Source: Alphaproteobacteria bacterium (GTDB lineage Bacteria; Pseudomonadota; Alphaproteobacteria; Rs-D84). Taken from it: 64,000 nt of DNA. The notes beneath the pieces were generated by a model. It was not told where the DNA came from, ran no database searches, and saw only the letters and a program-made list of their open reading frames with translations. Positions 28,951-39,120 of this stretch are shown here, piece after piece. The DNA is taken from contig JBMNPL010000002.1 of NCBI GenBank assembly GCA_050943575.1, forward strand, positions 8,073-72,072, given 5' to 3'. Every line of letters starts with the position of its first letter. The stretch's first letter is position 1. A program made the position numbers and the translations under genes.

Positions 28951-30018
28951 ATGAGAATAAAGCCAAAAATTTTAACAACATTTCTGGCCAAGCGATTTTT
29001 AGCCAGTTTGGGATTAGTTTTATTAATTATTTCCGGCATTATATTTGCTATAACCTTTGTAGAAAAACTACCCCGCGAGGCAAGTTCGCTGATGGCGGCA
29101 AATGTTGCTTTTTTTAACTTATTGGAATATATCCCATTATTTTTACCCATAGCTGTATTTATGGGAACATTACTTACATCTTATAATTTAACAAAATCTT
29201 CCGAATCGGTAATTATTTCTGGGGCTGGGATATCACCATGGCAAAAGATGAAACCTTTTTTAATTACTGCTTTTATTATTGGAATTTTTACAACATGTAT
29301 TGTAAATCCATATACTGTTAAAAAAAATGCAATTAATATAAATATTAAAAATTTTAACCTTTCTGATAATGCAATATGGATTCGGGAATCTAATGATGAT
29401 GGATCTTTTATTATGCGTGCCAAAGGTGTTAAACAGGCAAAAGATGGTAATGTTATTTTTTCAGATGTATTTGTTTTATTACAAGATGCAAATGCAAGGT
29501 TTTTGCAAAGAGTTGAAACAAAAAAACTTGTATTATCTGATGGTAAGATTTCCACAAAATCAGCAACTGTATTTGGGTCAGATGGCATACCAACAGAAAC
29601 TATAGATTGGTCGCATGCATCCAAAGCAACGCCTAAAAACTTTCTGGAAAAACATTTAAAACCTGATCAAATATCATTTTGGCAATTACCAAGAATGATA
29701 AGAAATATGCAACAAATGGGATTACCCGTTCGGGCACATTTAATTCAATTTTGGACATTGTTATTTTTACCATTAACTTTAATTGCGATGACGACTCTTG
29801 GGACTGCTTTTTCACAAACACGTGAACGTAGGAATTTTTCTTTTGGTATGAAATTTAGCATGGGAATTATGGTATGTTTTATATTATACTTTGTTATGAA
29901 TGTATTTAGTGCATTGGGTGCCAGTGGGGCATTACCAACAATTCTGGCGGCGGGATTACCGCCACTGATTATAACTACATTTGCAGCAATGTGGATAGTA
30001 TCGTTTGAGGCAATATAA
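28951..30018 (+). CDS. LptF/LptG-family LPS export permease
   Basis: 355 aa with the YjgP/YjgQ topology: 3 TM, a periplasmic beta-jellyroll, then 3 TM. Confidence 0.65.
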   Translation: MRIKPKILTTFLAKRFLASLGLVLLIISGIIFAITFVEKLPREASSLMAANVAFFNLLEYIPLFLPIAVFMGTLLTSYNLTKSSESVIISGAGISPWQKMKPFLITAFIIGIFTTCIVNPYTVKKNAININIKNFNLSDNAIWIRESNDDGSFIMRAKGVKQAKDGNVIFSDVFVLLQDANARFLQRVETKKLVLSDGKISTKSATVFGSDGIPTETIDWSHASKATPKNFLEKHLKPDQISFWQLPRMIRNMQQMGLPVRAHLIQFWTLLFLPLTLIAMTTLGTAFSQTRERRNFSFGMKFSMGIMVCFILYFVMNVFSALGASGALPTILAAGLPPLIITTFAAMWIVSFEAI

Positions 30019-30019
30019 A

Positions 30020-30145
30020 ATGAAAAAAAATAAAAAAACTAATTTAAAAAAATGGATATGGATATCTTTGATTTTGATATTACTGGTTTTGATGATAATT
30101 TCATTTCCACCTGTTAGTAATGTATCAGAAGTTGTTTTACAATGA
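30020..30145 (+). CDS. possible 41-aa small membrane protein (not in ORF track)
   Basis: MKKNKKTNLKKWIWISLILILLVLMIISFPPVSNVSEVVLQ. Starts 1 nt after the lptF-family stop and ends in an ATGA overlap with xerD. Confidence 0.2.
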   Translation: MKKNKKTNLKKWIWISLILILLVLMIISFPPVSNVSEVVLQ

Positions 30146-30999
30146 ATCATATTGAAATTTTTTTAGAAATGATGACGGCTGAAAAAGGACGCAGTATTAA
30201 AACATTAGAAGCATACGGACGTGATTTACGTATGGCGGCAGAAGATATTGGGAATTTAACAACTGCAAATAAAAATCAATTACAAAAGTATTTATCCAGA
30301 TTATCGGGAACAGCAACATCTATTGCCAGAAAAGCCAGCGCATTACGTGGATTTTATAAGTTTTTAATATCGGAAAAAATAATAACTGAAAATCCAACAG
30401 AAGGTTTAGAATTACCAAAAAGACAAAAAAAACTACCAAAATTTTTAACTGAACAAGAAGTAGAATTATTAATTTCAAATGCTGGTGATACCAGGAATTC
30501 TGTGCGATTACGGGCAATGTTAGAATTATTATACGCATCAGGTTTGCGTGTATCTGAATTATGCGGATTACCAATGACGGCAATTTTAGGTGATAGATTA
30601 TTAATACATGGTAAAGGCGCCAAAGAACGAATTGTTCCGATACACGATGGTGCCCAAGAAGCGTTGGCAAAATGGTTAAAAGTGCGCGGGGATGTAAATT
30701 CCAAGTATGTTTTTCCATCTGCGTCAAAAACTGGATATATAACACGTGATGGTTTTTATAAAATCTTGAAAAAATGTGCTGTATTATCAGGTATTTCTCC
30801 GGATCGTGTGAGTCCGCATATTTTACGACATTCTTTTGCATCACATTTATTAGCAAATGGTGCAAATTTACGTGCGATTCAAACAATGTTGGGGCATGAA
30901 GATATTGCAACAACACAAATTTATACCCATATAATGCCAGATAAATTAAAAGAAGCTGTTTTTACACATCATCCTATGGCCAAGAAAAATACAAAATGA
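30142..30999 (+). CDS. xerD: tyrosine recombinase XerD/XerC family
   Basis: 285 aa with catalytic R..HxxR..Y residues (ILRHSFASHLL ... IYTHI). Confidence 0.8.
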   Translation: MNHIEIFLEMMTAEKGRSIKTLEAYGRDLRMAAEDIGNLTTANKNQLQKYLSRLSGTATSIARKASALRGFYKFLISEKIITENPTEGLELPKRQKKLPKFLTEQEVELLISNAGDTRNSVRLRAMLELLYASGLRVSELCGLPMTAILGDRLLIHGKGAKERIVPIHDGAQEALAKWLKVRGDVNSKYVFPSASKTGYITRDGFYKILKKCAVLSGISPDRVSPHILRHSFASHLLANGANLRAIQTMLGHEDIATTQIYTHIMPDKLKEAVFTHHPMAKKNTK

Positions 31000-31499
31000 T
31001 AAAAAAATGTGATTTCAAAGGTTGTACCAAAGCAGGTATTTGCCGCGCGCCAAAATCGCGTGAATTAAAAGAATATTATTGGTTTTGTAAAGAACATGCG
31101 GCTGAATATAATAAAAATTGGAATTATTACGAAGGCATGACTTATGATGAAGTTAATCAAGATTGGGAACGAGAAACATTTGGAATTTCAGATAAAGATC
31201 GTGAAATTCAAGCCGCAAAAAATACAGAGTATATAAATTTTCTACGTAATTTTTTAAATGATCGCAGTATGTTTGATTCGGCAATGCATCGCCCTGTTCG
31301 CATACCTGCGGTGATATCAAATGCGTTAAAAGTTTTTGGATTGCCCCCAACAACTAATTGGTGTGAAATTACTGCAAAATATAGAGTTTTAGCAAAAAAA
31401 TATCATCCAGATACAGCGAAAAATAAAAATATAGCGACTTCTGAATTTACTAAAATTACACTTGCATACGATGATTTAAAAAAATGGTTTAATAAGTAA
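30996..31499 (+). CDS. J-domain protein with N-terminal Cys/His-rich region
   Basis: 167 aa. C-terminal J domain with the HPD motif (KYHPDTAKN). N-terminal CxxC....C....H cluster. Confidence 0.65.
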   Translation: MIKKCDFKGCTKAGICRAPKSRELKEYYWFCKEHAAEYNKNWNYYEGMTYDEVNQDWERETFGISDKDREIQAAKNTEYINFLRNFLNDRSMFDSAMHRPVRIPAVISNALKVFGLPPTTNWCEITAKYRVLAKKYHPDTAKNKNIATSEFTKITLAYDDLKKWFNK

Positions 31500-31526
31500 A
31501 AACCGGCAAATGCCGGTTTTTTTATT
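31499..31526. terminator. bidirectional rho-independent terminator between convergent genes
   Basis: Hairpin aaccggc-aaat-gccggtt (31501-31518) followed by T7. The reverse side is T/A-rich. Confidence 0.55.
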
Positions 31527-34341
31527 TAATTACCATTTCTTGACCATAGGATGCGACTTTTCTGCCACCGATATAACAATTTATATCTGTTTGTTTATTA
31601 AAGTCTTCTATGGCTTTTTGACGAGCTTCTTCTAGTGCTTGGGCTTCTTTTTGATTAATAGCATTTCCAGCAATCATTCCACCAGCAACAGCACTTACAA
31701 CACCAGTAGTAATAGCACCGATATGAGCACCTTTGGTATCAAAATTTAATAAATGATTTTTTGGATTTTTTGTTTTTGATGTATAATTAGTATTAATATC
31801 ATTATATGTACTTTGACAAAGTTTTAATGCTTTACTTCCGACTGGATCACAATTAGGTGTTTTGGTATTATCAATATAATCACATTCCTGACAAGGATTT
31901 TGTGTACTATAATTCTTACCTTTTTGTTCTATACATTGATGACACTTGTTATATAAAGTTATTTTATCTGCATTAATATTAGTTGAATATCCTCTAGTTG
32001 CGTTTTGTATCGCATTTCCTGCCATTACACCACCCAGACCACCGATAACCAAACTACCCAATGTTGCACCACCAATTCGTAATGTTTTTTGAAGTCCGGT
32101 TAATTTTTCTGAACAATTATGAGTTGATGGAGTTTTACCATCCTTACAAAATTCTATTTCTTCTGCTATCTTACGTTCTATTTTTTCTAGTTGTTCCGTT
32201 GTTAAACCTAAACATTGCATAGTTGTGCCTTTGGGATAATACCGCACAGAATTTTCATTTTCTTTCAATACTTCTTGTACTTTAGCATTATTAGAACGCA
32301 TTGTTACTTTAACAGCACAAAAGCCATCAAATGGGTTATTAGTTGCTGTAACCTTATTCAATCCTTCATATTCATTATCTAACGATTCTATATCGGAAAG
32401 AGATGCCCAAATATAATCTTTGCTGGTGGAACCCTTGATATTGCTATTTTCACAAGCATTTTTGATATCATTGGCTTCGCGTTCTAATACGGAATTTGCA
32501 CGTTTACCAATATCTGCTAATAATCCATCAAAGATACTTTGTTCTTGTGTCGCACAAATTTTTATCTTTGTTGATATCTTTACTGTCGGATCAATCACAT
32601 TACCCGCATTATCTACTTTATCAAAATAAGTTTCAGACACACGACAAATATTGTCCGAAGTTTCGTTATTTGACGTAGCATCTAACCATGCATTACGAAC
32701 ATTGTTAGATGTTCCCCAAGAGTCAGCACTTGTACCTTTACTATTTCTTGCATATTGAACATCAAAATAATCTATACAATCTGTGAATTTTTTAACCTTT
32801 AACATACATAAATCACGTGCCATTTCTGTATCAAAACCACCAACAAATGAACCTGTCGAAGGTAAACCTTTTGATTTATTAATAAAACCTTTTTCAATAG
32901 TCAAATTATTAGTAGTATTATTGTTGGCGATTCTGCCTATCGCCGCAGAACTAGTAATAAAGCAACGTGAAAAATCATTTCCGCATTCGTCTTCTACACA
33001 CTTTTCAACTTGTGCTTGACAACTGGTGCGCATACCAGCAACTGCTTGTTCATTAAATGCTTTTTGTAAATCTGTATCCAAACCAACAATAGCGCCAATT
33101 GAATCATTTGTCCAAACCGCATCCCAAACATCACCATCTGAACCTGAATCTTTATTACGAAATACATCTTTACAATATTGATTATTTTCAATTAAATTCT
33201 TACATTGCCCTGTAATATCATGCGCGGCTTTATTTTTTATACTTACCGTATTTCCAACTTTAGCCAACCCATAACAACGGGCACGCGACCCTTCACCACA
33301 TGCATTAACTGCACAATCTGTTATAGCATTTTTACATTGCTCTACAGAATTTTTTGCTGCTAATGCCGCCCATTCTTTTATTTTAGATTGTGCCATTTTC
33401 CAACGCGCACCAACACCATTATACATAATATCTTGGTATACTTCCTGAATATTAAAACTATCTGTTAAATCAACTTCTTTGGCAGGTTTACCATTTGTAA
33501 CCATAAAACACCATTCATTAGTACCAATAGTATCACGACATTGTTCTTTGATATAATTTTTAACATTGCTATCATCCCAACCCATATTATAAATCCAAGT
33601 TTCCAACATATCTGGATTTAAACGAAGCGTAGTTTCGCCAGATGTTGCAATATTAACCATTTCAGATGCATCTATATCTGAAAATCCAGTTAAAGATATA
33701 CATTTATGCGGTGCACCTTTACAAGCATTTTGAATACAAGCATCTGCAGCCTTATTACAGGTTTTAACACTATTTGCAGCCGCCCAATTTTTACCATCTT
33801 TTATTGCTAAATCAATTCTACTCTCTGTAGCAACAGCAATATCACCTAATGCCGGTGTAAATGTTCTTTTGGTTAAAACAGATTCACCATCACACATTGT
33901 GCGATTTGCAGCCGCCATATCATCTGATGTTGTTACAGAATTTCCAAACAAAGCCTTGATCGCTTCAGCAGGACATTGAGCCAAAAATTCTTGGCACATA
34001 ATACGAGATTTATTAAATTGTTTTAAGTTATAACAAAGTTCAAAATGTTCACCGCACACGTTATCTTGGCGCAAACATGATTCATATCTATCAATACAAC
34101 GACCTGATGCCAAACGTTCAGGTAATGGATTTGCACATGTTGCCACCAAACCAGCATCCGCAGAAGGCTTGGTATTAATTACAGGTGCTATTTGCATTGT
34201 GTTTGGACGTGCCGTTGGTAATCGGCTTGTCGCGCTGGGACGTGATAAAGTCGCCATACCAATAGCCCTCGCCGGTACAGTGTAAATTCCTGATACCAAA
34301 GGTATCATTAAACTGATAATTATTGCTTTGTTTATTCTCAT
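31522..34341 (-). CDS. large Cys-rich secreted/surface protein with two C-terminal glycine-zipper segments
   Basis: 939 aa from the Met of the signal peptide MRINKAIIISLMIPLVSGIYTVPARA; the track ORF starts 15 codons upstream. Very many paired Cys. Two GxxxG-rich hydrophobic segments (GGATLGSLVIGGLGGVMAGNAI; GAHIGAITTGVVSAVAGGMIAGNAI). No recognisable enzymatic motif. Confidence 0.5.
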   Translation of the reverse strand: MRINKAIIISLMIPLVSGIYTVPARAIGMATLSRPSATSRLPTARPNTMQIAPVINTKPSADAGLVATCANPLPERLASGRCIDRYESCLRQDNVCGEHFELCYNLKQFNKSRIMCQEFLAQCPAEAIKALFGNSVTTSDDMAAANRTMCDGESVLTKRTFTPALGDIAVATESRIDLAIKDGKNWAAANSVKTCNKAADACIQNACKGAPHKCISLTGFSDIDASEMVNIATSGETTLRLNPDMLETWIYNMGWDDSNVKNYIKEQCRDTIGTNEWCFMVTNGKPAKEVDLTDSFNIQEVYQDIMYNGVGARWKMAQSKIKEWAALAAKNSVEQCKNAITDCAVNACGEGSRARCYGLAKVGNTVSIKNKAAHDITGQCKNLIENNQYCKDVFRNKDSGSDGDVWDAVWTNDSIGAIVGLDTDLQKAFNEQAVAGMRTSCQAQVEKCVEDECGNDFSRCFITSSAAIGRIANNNTTNNLTIEKGFINKSKGLPSTGSFVGGFDTEMARDLCMLKVKKFTDCIDYFDVQYARNSKGTSADSWGTSNNVRNAWLDATSNNETSDNICRVSETYFDKVDNAGNVIDPTVKISTKIKICATQEQSIFDGLLADIGKRANSVLEREANDIKNACENSNIKGSTSKDYIWASLSDIESLDNEYEGLNKVTATNNPFDGFCAVKVTMRSNNAKVQEVLKENENSVRYYPKGTTMQCLGLTTEQLEKIERKIAEEIEFCKDGKTPSTHNCSEKLTGLQKTLRIGGATLGSLVIGGLGGVMAGNAIQNATRGYSTNINADKITLYNKCHQCIEQKGKNYSTQNPCQECDYIDNTKTPNCDPVGSKALKLCQSTYNDINTNYTSKTKNPKNHLLNFDTKGAHIGAITTGVVSAVAGGMIAGNAINQKEAQALEEARQKAIEDFNKQTDINCYIGGRKVASYGQEMVIK

Positions 34342-34416
34342 AACTCCCACCATTCTTGTCAATATTCTATCATAAAAATATAACAATATAAAGAGAAAAA
34401 AGTAAAAAATAGATTT

Positions 34417-36189
34417 TCACTTTTTCTCTAAAAGTTCTTGAACAGCGGCTGCAAAATCTGGGGCTTTTTTTAGAAAACTGCCAGCAACCAGAAAATCTGC
34501 ACCTGCGACCCAACATTTTTTCGCGGTTTCCGGATTTATTCCGCCGTCAACACTTATTTTAAACTTTAATCCATGCTTGCGTCTAGTATTATTTAAAGAA
34601 GCAATTTTTGATATTGATTCTTCTATAAAAACTTGCCCCGATTTTCCTGGAATAACAGACATTATCATAACCTCATCAATATTTCGTAATATCGGAGCAA
34701 TAACTTCTAAATCAGTATTTGGATGTAAAGCAACACCCCCACGTTTACCCGCTGCACGTATTTTATTTAATGCACGTCTTACACCATTTGTACCAGATGA
34801 AACAATAATAGTATCTGCCCCACCCGCAATAGCCTCGGTCGCCCAATTAACTGGATTTTCCGTCATTAAATGAACATGTAAATGTGATTTAGTCCGAGAA
34901 CGAATAAAACGAAGTTCATCAATACCACTGGCAATATTATCAACATAAAAGCCATCCATTATATCAACATGAATCATATCTATGCCCGCAGATTCAAACA
35001 TAGTATAAGTATCTAAATTTCGCATATCCCAAACCAAAGTGCTGGGCATAATTGGAATAAATTTTTTCCGGCGCGAAAAAATCCTCCATCTTAAAGGCGC
35101 GGTTAAAAATCCAAAAAATTTATCCCATTTTTTTCTACGTTCCAAGTATGCTTTAACCCGTGATGATTCAGAATTCCAAATAAATTCTGCAAATGAATTA
35201 ACAATTCCAAATGCGCCCAAATTTTCAACCGGTATATTAAATTCTTTTTCTAAAACATCATCCAGTCCCATAATTCCAGACCCGCCGCCGCTTATATAAA
35301 TTTTAATCGGATTATACTTTTCAATTACTGGAATAAGTATTTCTTGAACTTGACTTAAAATCTCAGAAAAAATACTTTCTGTAATTTCATTCAAATCAAA
35401 TCTGGTTATATCATATTTTGCATCCGCCGGAGTAAACCTGTCCATATCTGTTTGTATTAAACTCATGCTGGAAACTTTTAACCTTTCTGCTTCGGATATC
35501 GGTAAATTAAAAGCCTGTGCAACTGATTTGGTTATATCAGCCCCGCCAATTGGTATTTTATTAATTAATATCGGACCACGTGCTGTCCATAAAGATACAC
35601 TTGTAAATTCTGCACCAAAATCTATGAATATTGAATTTTCTGATGCCAATCGTGCAGTTGACCCCAATAAAAACATAGGATCAAAAAAACCACCAGATCT
35701 AAGATGTGCCGAATGTAATACAGATTTTATATAAGATAAATCTTGAGAATTATATGCTATCACATTAAATACAGAATGTAATGCCCTATCAGTATGTCCA
35801 AGTGGATTTGAAATGTTATGAAAACCACCTAAATCATAACGTAAAGGAATTATATGAAGAACTGAGTTTTCACCTTGGAAAAAATCAAAAATTTGCTCTA
35901 AAATATCGTTTTGTGTAATTTTATGTTCTGCAGACCATATACTTTTTTTTGAAACAATTTTTGATTCAATCTGACCAAAATTCCCCGTAACAAATGCTTT
36001 ATCAAATCTTGTGCCAATTTGTTCTTCAAGACTATCAACCGCTGTTTTTATAGCATATGCTAAATCACTAGATTCTGTATATGCACTTGCAGATGTTTTA
36101 ATCCGTCCAAAACAAACCCTTGTGGCGACAGCATGAACTCCGCTGGAGCCTATATCTAAACATAAAAAAGAACCCTCGGTTAAGTTCAT
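34417..36189 (-). CDS. ftsA: in-frame fusion of cell-division protein FtsA (aa 1-380) and ribulose-phosphate 3-epimerase Rpe (aa 381-590)
   Basis: N-terminus aligns to FtsA (actin fold, CLDIGSSGVHAV...; IYISGGGSGIMGLDD) and ends in a basic amphipathic tail (WDKFFGFLTAPLRWRIFSRRKKF). It continues without a stop into a complete Rpe (MPSTL...HVDIMDGFYVDN...SVDGGIN...VAGSF). Confidence 0.65.
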   Translation of the reverse strand: MNLTEGSFLCLDIGSSGVHAVATRVCFGRIKTSASAYTESSDLAYAIKTAVDSLEEQIGTRFDKAFVTGNFGQIESKIVSKKSIWSAEHKITQNDILEQIFDFFQGENSVLHIIPLRYDLGGFHNISNPLGHTDRALHSVFNVIAYNSQDLSYIKSVLHSAHLRSGGFFDPMFLLGSTARLASENSIFIDFGAEFTSVSLWTARGPILINKIPIGGADITKSVAQAFNLPISEAERLKVSSMSLIQTDMDRFTPADAKYDITRFDLNEITESIFSEILSQVQEILIPVIEKYNPIKIYISGGGSGIMGLDDVLEKEFNIPVENLGAFGIVNSFAEFIWNSESSRVKAYLERRKKWDKFFGFLTAPLRWRIFSRRKKFIPIMPSTLVWDMRNLDTYTMFESAGIDMIHVDIMDGFYVDNIASGIDELRFIRSRTKSHLHVHLMTENPVNWATEAIAGGADTIIVSSGTNGVRRALNKIRAAGKRGGVALHPNTDLEVIAPILRNIDEVMIMSVIPGKSGQVFIEESISKIASLNNTRRKHGLKFKISVDGGINPETAKKCWVAGADFLVAGSFLKKAPDFAAAVQELLEKK

Positions 36190-36200
36190 GTTTATTAAAT

Positions 36201-36884
36201 TTATAATTTTACCAATGGACGTGATAAATCACGCATATCTAATAATTTTATTTGCCTATCTAAAATCATATTTTGCTTATTCATATTATCTATTTTTGTT
36301 ATCGCTTGTTCAAAATTTTCTTCGGGCAGCATAATCTTCATACCGTTTAATAAAAAAATATCCCAACGTCTGTCTTCTATAAACTCCATTCTATCAATAG
36401 AATAAAAAAGATTAGGAGTGTGTTTTACTATTTTTATCGTTTTTGATAAATCTTGTGGAACTTGCCCAGAAAAAACTAGTGTATTTTCCGGTCTTGTGGA
36501 TGATGGTTTATTAATTGGTGCACCTGTATCATCCAAAGGATAATAATTTTCACCATCAGTCCAACTAGCAACAATAACACGCATATCTGCACGAATTTTA
36601 ATTTCGCCATTTGGTAAACGACGAACAGCAACATTTGCAATATCTGGATCTGATGCAACACGAGCTAAAACATCATTTAAATCAATATGTTTATCTGTAT
36701 GATCTATTCCCAATCTTGTAATTAAATCTGATGCTTTACCATTATCAGAATAAACCGAAACTTTTTTTACATCTGATAATATACCACCAATCCCCATTGA
36801 TACCATGCTAATACGCACTGCTATATAAATCGCAAGCAAAATCGCAATGCAAAACATTAACCAAAATAAAAACTTATTCTTCAT
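36201..36884 (-). CDS. ftsQ: cell division protein FtsQ
   Basis: 227 aa with an N-terminal TM and POTRA-like domain. Sits immediately upstream of ftsA. Confidence 0.65.
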   Translation of the reverse strand: MKNKFLFWLMFCIAILLAIYIAVRISMVSMGIGGILSDVKKVSVYSDNGKASDLITRLGIDHTDKHIDLNDVLARVASDPDIANVAVRRLPNGEIKIRADMRVIVASWTDGENYYPLDDTGAPINKPSSTRPENTLVFSGQVPQDLSKTIKIVKHTPNLFYSIDRMEFIEDRRWDIFLLNGMKIMLPEENFEQAITKIDNMNKQNMILDRQIKLLDMRDLSRPLVKL

Positions 36885-36944
36885 AATATTTAGATTATAT
36901 CATAAAAGTAAAAAAGAGAAAGAATGAAAAAAATTAAATGTTTT

Positions 36945-37334
36945 TTAACTTGCTCGTAATAAATAACCACGACGCATCATACATTTACGATATGCGCCAA
37001 TTGAACGAGCGCTGGAATTTGGGGGAACAGACATTAAAGCACGTTGTCCAATATCCGAATTTTCATTTGATTGAAAAGTTACCCACAAACCATCCCAATC
37101 GGGCATCAAACTAGATTGATTTGGGCTGATTAATTTTGCCAATCTGGAACGTGGCATATGTGAAGGCTTTTTTATACCAAGACAACTTTTATGATCACGA
37201 ACAAATTGTTCTGTTGTAACCATATCGTTTTCCCAATTTAAAATTGTCGCATCATCAATAGAACCACGATTAGCAGATGAACACCCTGTTAAAAACACAA
37301 TTGATAAAATAATAAGAATAAAACTTTTCTTCAT
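36945..37334 (-). CDS. hypothetical lipoprotein
   Basis: Start chosen at MKKSFILIILSIVFLTGC (lipobox LTGC). 129 aa. Confidence 0.45.
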   Translation of the reverse strand: MKKSFILIILSIVFLTGCSSANRGSIDDATILNWENDMVTTEQFVRDHKSCLGIKKPSHMPRSRLAKLISPNQSSLMPDWDGLWVTFQSNENSDIGQRALMSVPPNSSARSIGAYRKCMMRRGYLLRAS

Positions 37335-37420
37335 ATTTTTAATTATAACTGAAAAATTAATTTTTTTACAATATAAATTTCCTAAATACATTTAATTAAT
37401 AATAAATCATCCTTTTACAC

Positions 37421-37450
37421 TTGCGAAAACTGGCTTTTTAATTCTATAAT
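37421..37450 (+). promoter_or_regulatory. sigma70-like promoter (TTGCGA, 18 nt spacer, TATAAT) for the 37474 operon
   Basis: Near-consensus -35 and a perfect -10 hexamer. Strong RBS AGGAAGGAG follows at 37458-37466. Confidence 0.4.
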
Positions 37451-37473
37451 GTAAGTACAGGAAGGAGCAAAAA

Positions 37474-37782
37474 ATGACCGCTGAAGAAAGATATATTCGT
37501 ATAGCCGGTTTTTACGAGGCTTTAAAAACATTGTCCGCTGCAATACGTACTCAAAAAGGTGGTATAGCAGCCGAAAATTATACAGGACGATTTTTTGAGG
37601 CAGATGTTCTGGAAATGCTAAATGCATATGGTGAAAAATTAAAGCCTAGTGATGCTAAACTAAAAGCCCTGATAAAAAAATATCAATCCGAATTTCAAGG
37701 TGTTAAAGATTTAGTCACACCCAGTAATAAACCTGTGCATGAAATGACTCTTGAAGAATTTCAACGTGTTATGAATATATAA
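37474..37782 (+). CDS. hypothetical small cytoplasmic helical protein, first gene of the secretin-like operon
   Basis: 102 aa with a strong RBS. No TM or signal peptide. Confidence 0.45.
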   Translation: MTAEERYIRIAGFYEALKTLSAAIRTQKGGIAAENYTGRFFEADVLEMLNAYGEKLKPSDAKLKALIKKYQSEFQGVKDLVTPSNKPVHEMTLEEFQRVMNI

Positions 37783-37792
37783 AGGACATAAA

Positions 37793-39109
37793 ATGAAAAA
37801 AATATATATACTCTTTGTGTTTTGTTCATTGTTTTTTATTAGCGCATGCCAATTTAGACAAGACACAGAGCAATTTGATGAAATACAAGTTATTGAAAAT
37901 ATAGTAATAGATGAATATTCTGTCCCTATTTTCCCACGCAAAGCCGCATTAACAACTGATACTGCACGTAGATTTGCTATAGATTTACCAAAACGTTGTA
38001 AAGTTGATTGGGATAATCATAATTTACTATCTGTTTTACCATCAAATCCTGTAGAAATTGTGCGATTAAATAAAGGTGATGATTTACCTAATTTTGTAGT
38101 AGAAGATTTTTCTTTTAAGAAAAAAAGCGTCCCTGAGGTTTTAGAAAAATTACTAATTGGTACTAAAATCAAAATCGTTGCTAGCGAAAAATTACCCGAT
38201 TTAATTAGCGGGGAAATAAAATCTGGAACACTAGAAGATGCTGTTGAGCTTATTTGTAAACTAGGTAAAACCTATTATACGTATGACGATGATACAAAAG
38301 AAATTCGTATTTCTAGTCGTGGAAAATGGCTGATGAAAATGCCAAAGGATGAATATGTAATTATGGCTTTAATTGACGCAATGCATGGTTATAACTTGCG
38401 TAATTTAATGACCAACTGGAAAGATAAAACTTTGGTGTTTGAAGGTAATTATCAAACAGAAAAAAAAGTTCGAGATATAATTGCTGATATTGGAAATAAA
38501 AAATTCTTGATTGCTTGGGATATGGATATTTATCGTGTATATCCACGTACTGACAATCCAATTGTTTGGATGAATATGCTACCTGCGTTTGGTGAAAAAA
38601 ATATCAGAATGTCAATCCCTGGGGTAGTCGGAAGATTGTTGGTTGTATCACCTGAAATAAATACAAAAACATTGCAATCGTTTTTAGCACAACAATCAAA
38701 TGTAGTGTTAATTTCCCAAGGAACATTTGTAATACCAAATGGCTGGCAAAGTAGATTTGATATTGGACAATGTTCTCGTGAAGAAAGATTAGAAACAGAT
38801 TTAATAATTGGTGCAACTGGTAAATATGGTAAATATGCAGATATGACTAAACTAGATGCAAAAATTGCATTACGTACAACAAATGGAGAATTGGCTAGTT
38901 TTAACGCACCAACAACTCTTGGGGATAACTATGTTATTATTGGAATACCCACACATAGTTTTGTAACTGGACCTGAAACATTAATAAACCCATTTGCAGA
39001 ATTGGTGATATTTATGAGCCCACGTATTATTTCAATCGTAGAACCAGATAATGCAGATGACGCCACAGAACTTTCCGGTGATAAACTGCGTGAGTATTTA
39101 GATGAATAA
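37793..39109 (+). CDS. lipoprotein with secretin-like N-domain and secretin-like C-terminus (putative liposecretin)
   Basis: 438 aa. Lipobox FISAC. A segment (VPEVLEKLLIGTKIKIVASEKLPDLISGEIKSGTLEDAVELICKLGKTYYTYDDDTKEIRI) matches the Secretin_N/STN pattern. The C-terminus (NYVIIGIPTHSFVTGPETLINPFAELVIFMSPRII) resembles the secretin ...ELLIFITPRII ending. RBS AAGGA. Confidence 0.35.
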   Translation: MKKIYILFVFCSLFFISACQFRQDTEQFDEIQVIENIVIDEYSVPIFPRKAALTTDTARRFAIDLPKRCKVDWDNHNLLSVLPSNPVEIVRLNKGDDLPNFVVEDFSFKKKSVPEVLEKLLIGTKIKIVASEKLPDLISGEIKSGTLEDAVELICKLGKTYYTYDDDTKEIRISSRGKWLMKMPKDEYVIMALIDAMHGYNLRNLMTNWKDKTLVFEGNYQTEKKVRDIIADIGNKKFLIAWDMDIYRVYPRTDNPIVWMNMLPAFGEKNIRMSIPGVVGRLLVVSPEINTKTLQSFLAQQSNVVLISQGTFVIPNGWQSRFDIGQCSREERLETDLIIGATGKYGKYADMTKLDAKIALRTTNGELASFNAPTTLGDNYVIIGIPTHSFVTGPETLINPFAELVIFMSPRIISIVEPDNADDATELSGDKLREYLDE

Positions 39110-39120
39110 AAGGACAAATA

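Noticed and set aside
30142-30999. xerD as evidence of a mobile element or integron
   Set aside because: It is a single tyrosine recombinase in a housekeeping context (lptF-family gene upstream, J-domain protein downstream), with no attI/attC-like repeats or cargo. It is a typical chromosome-dimer-resolution XerD.
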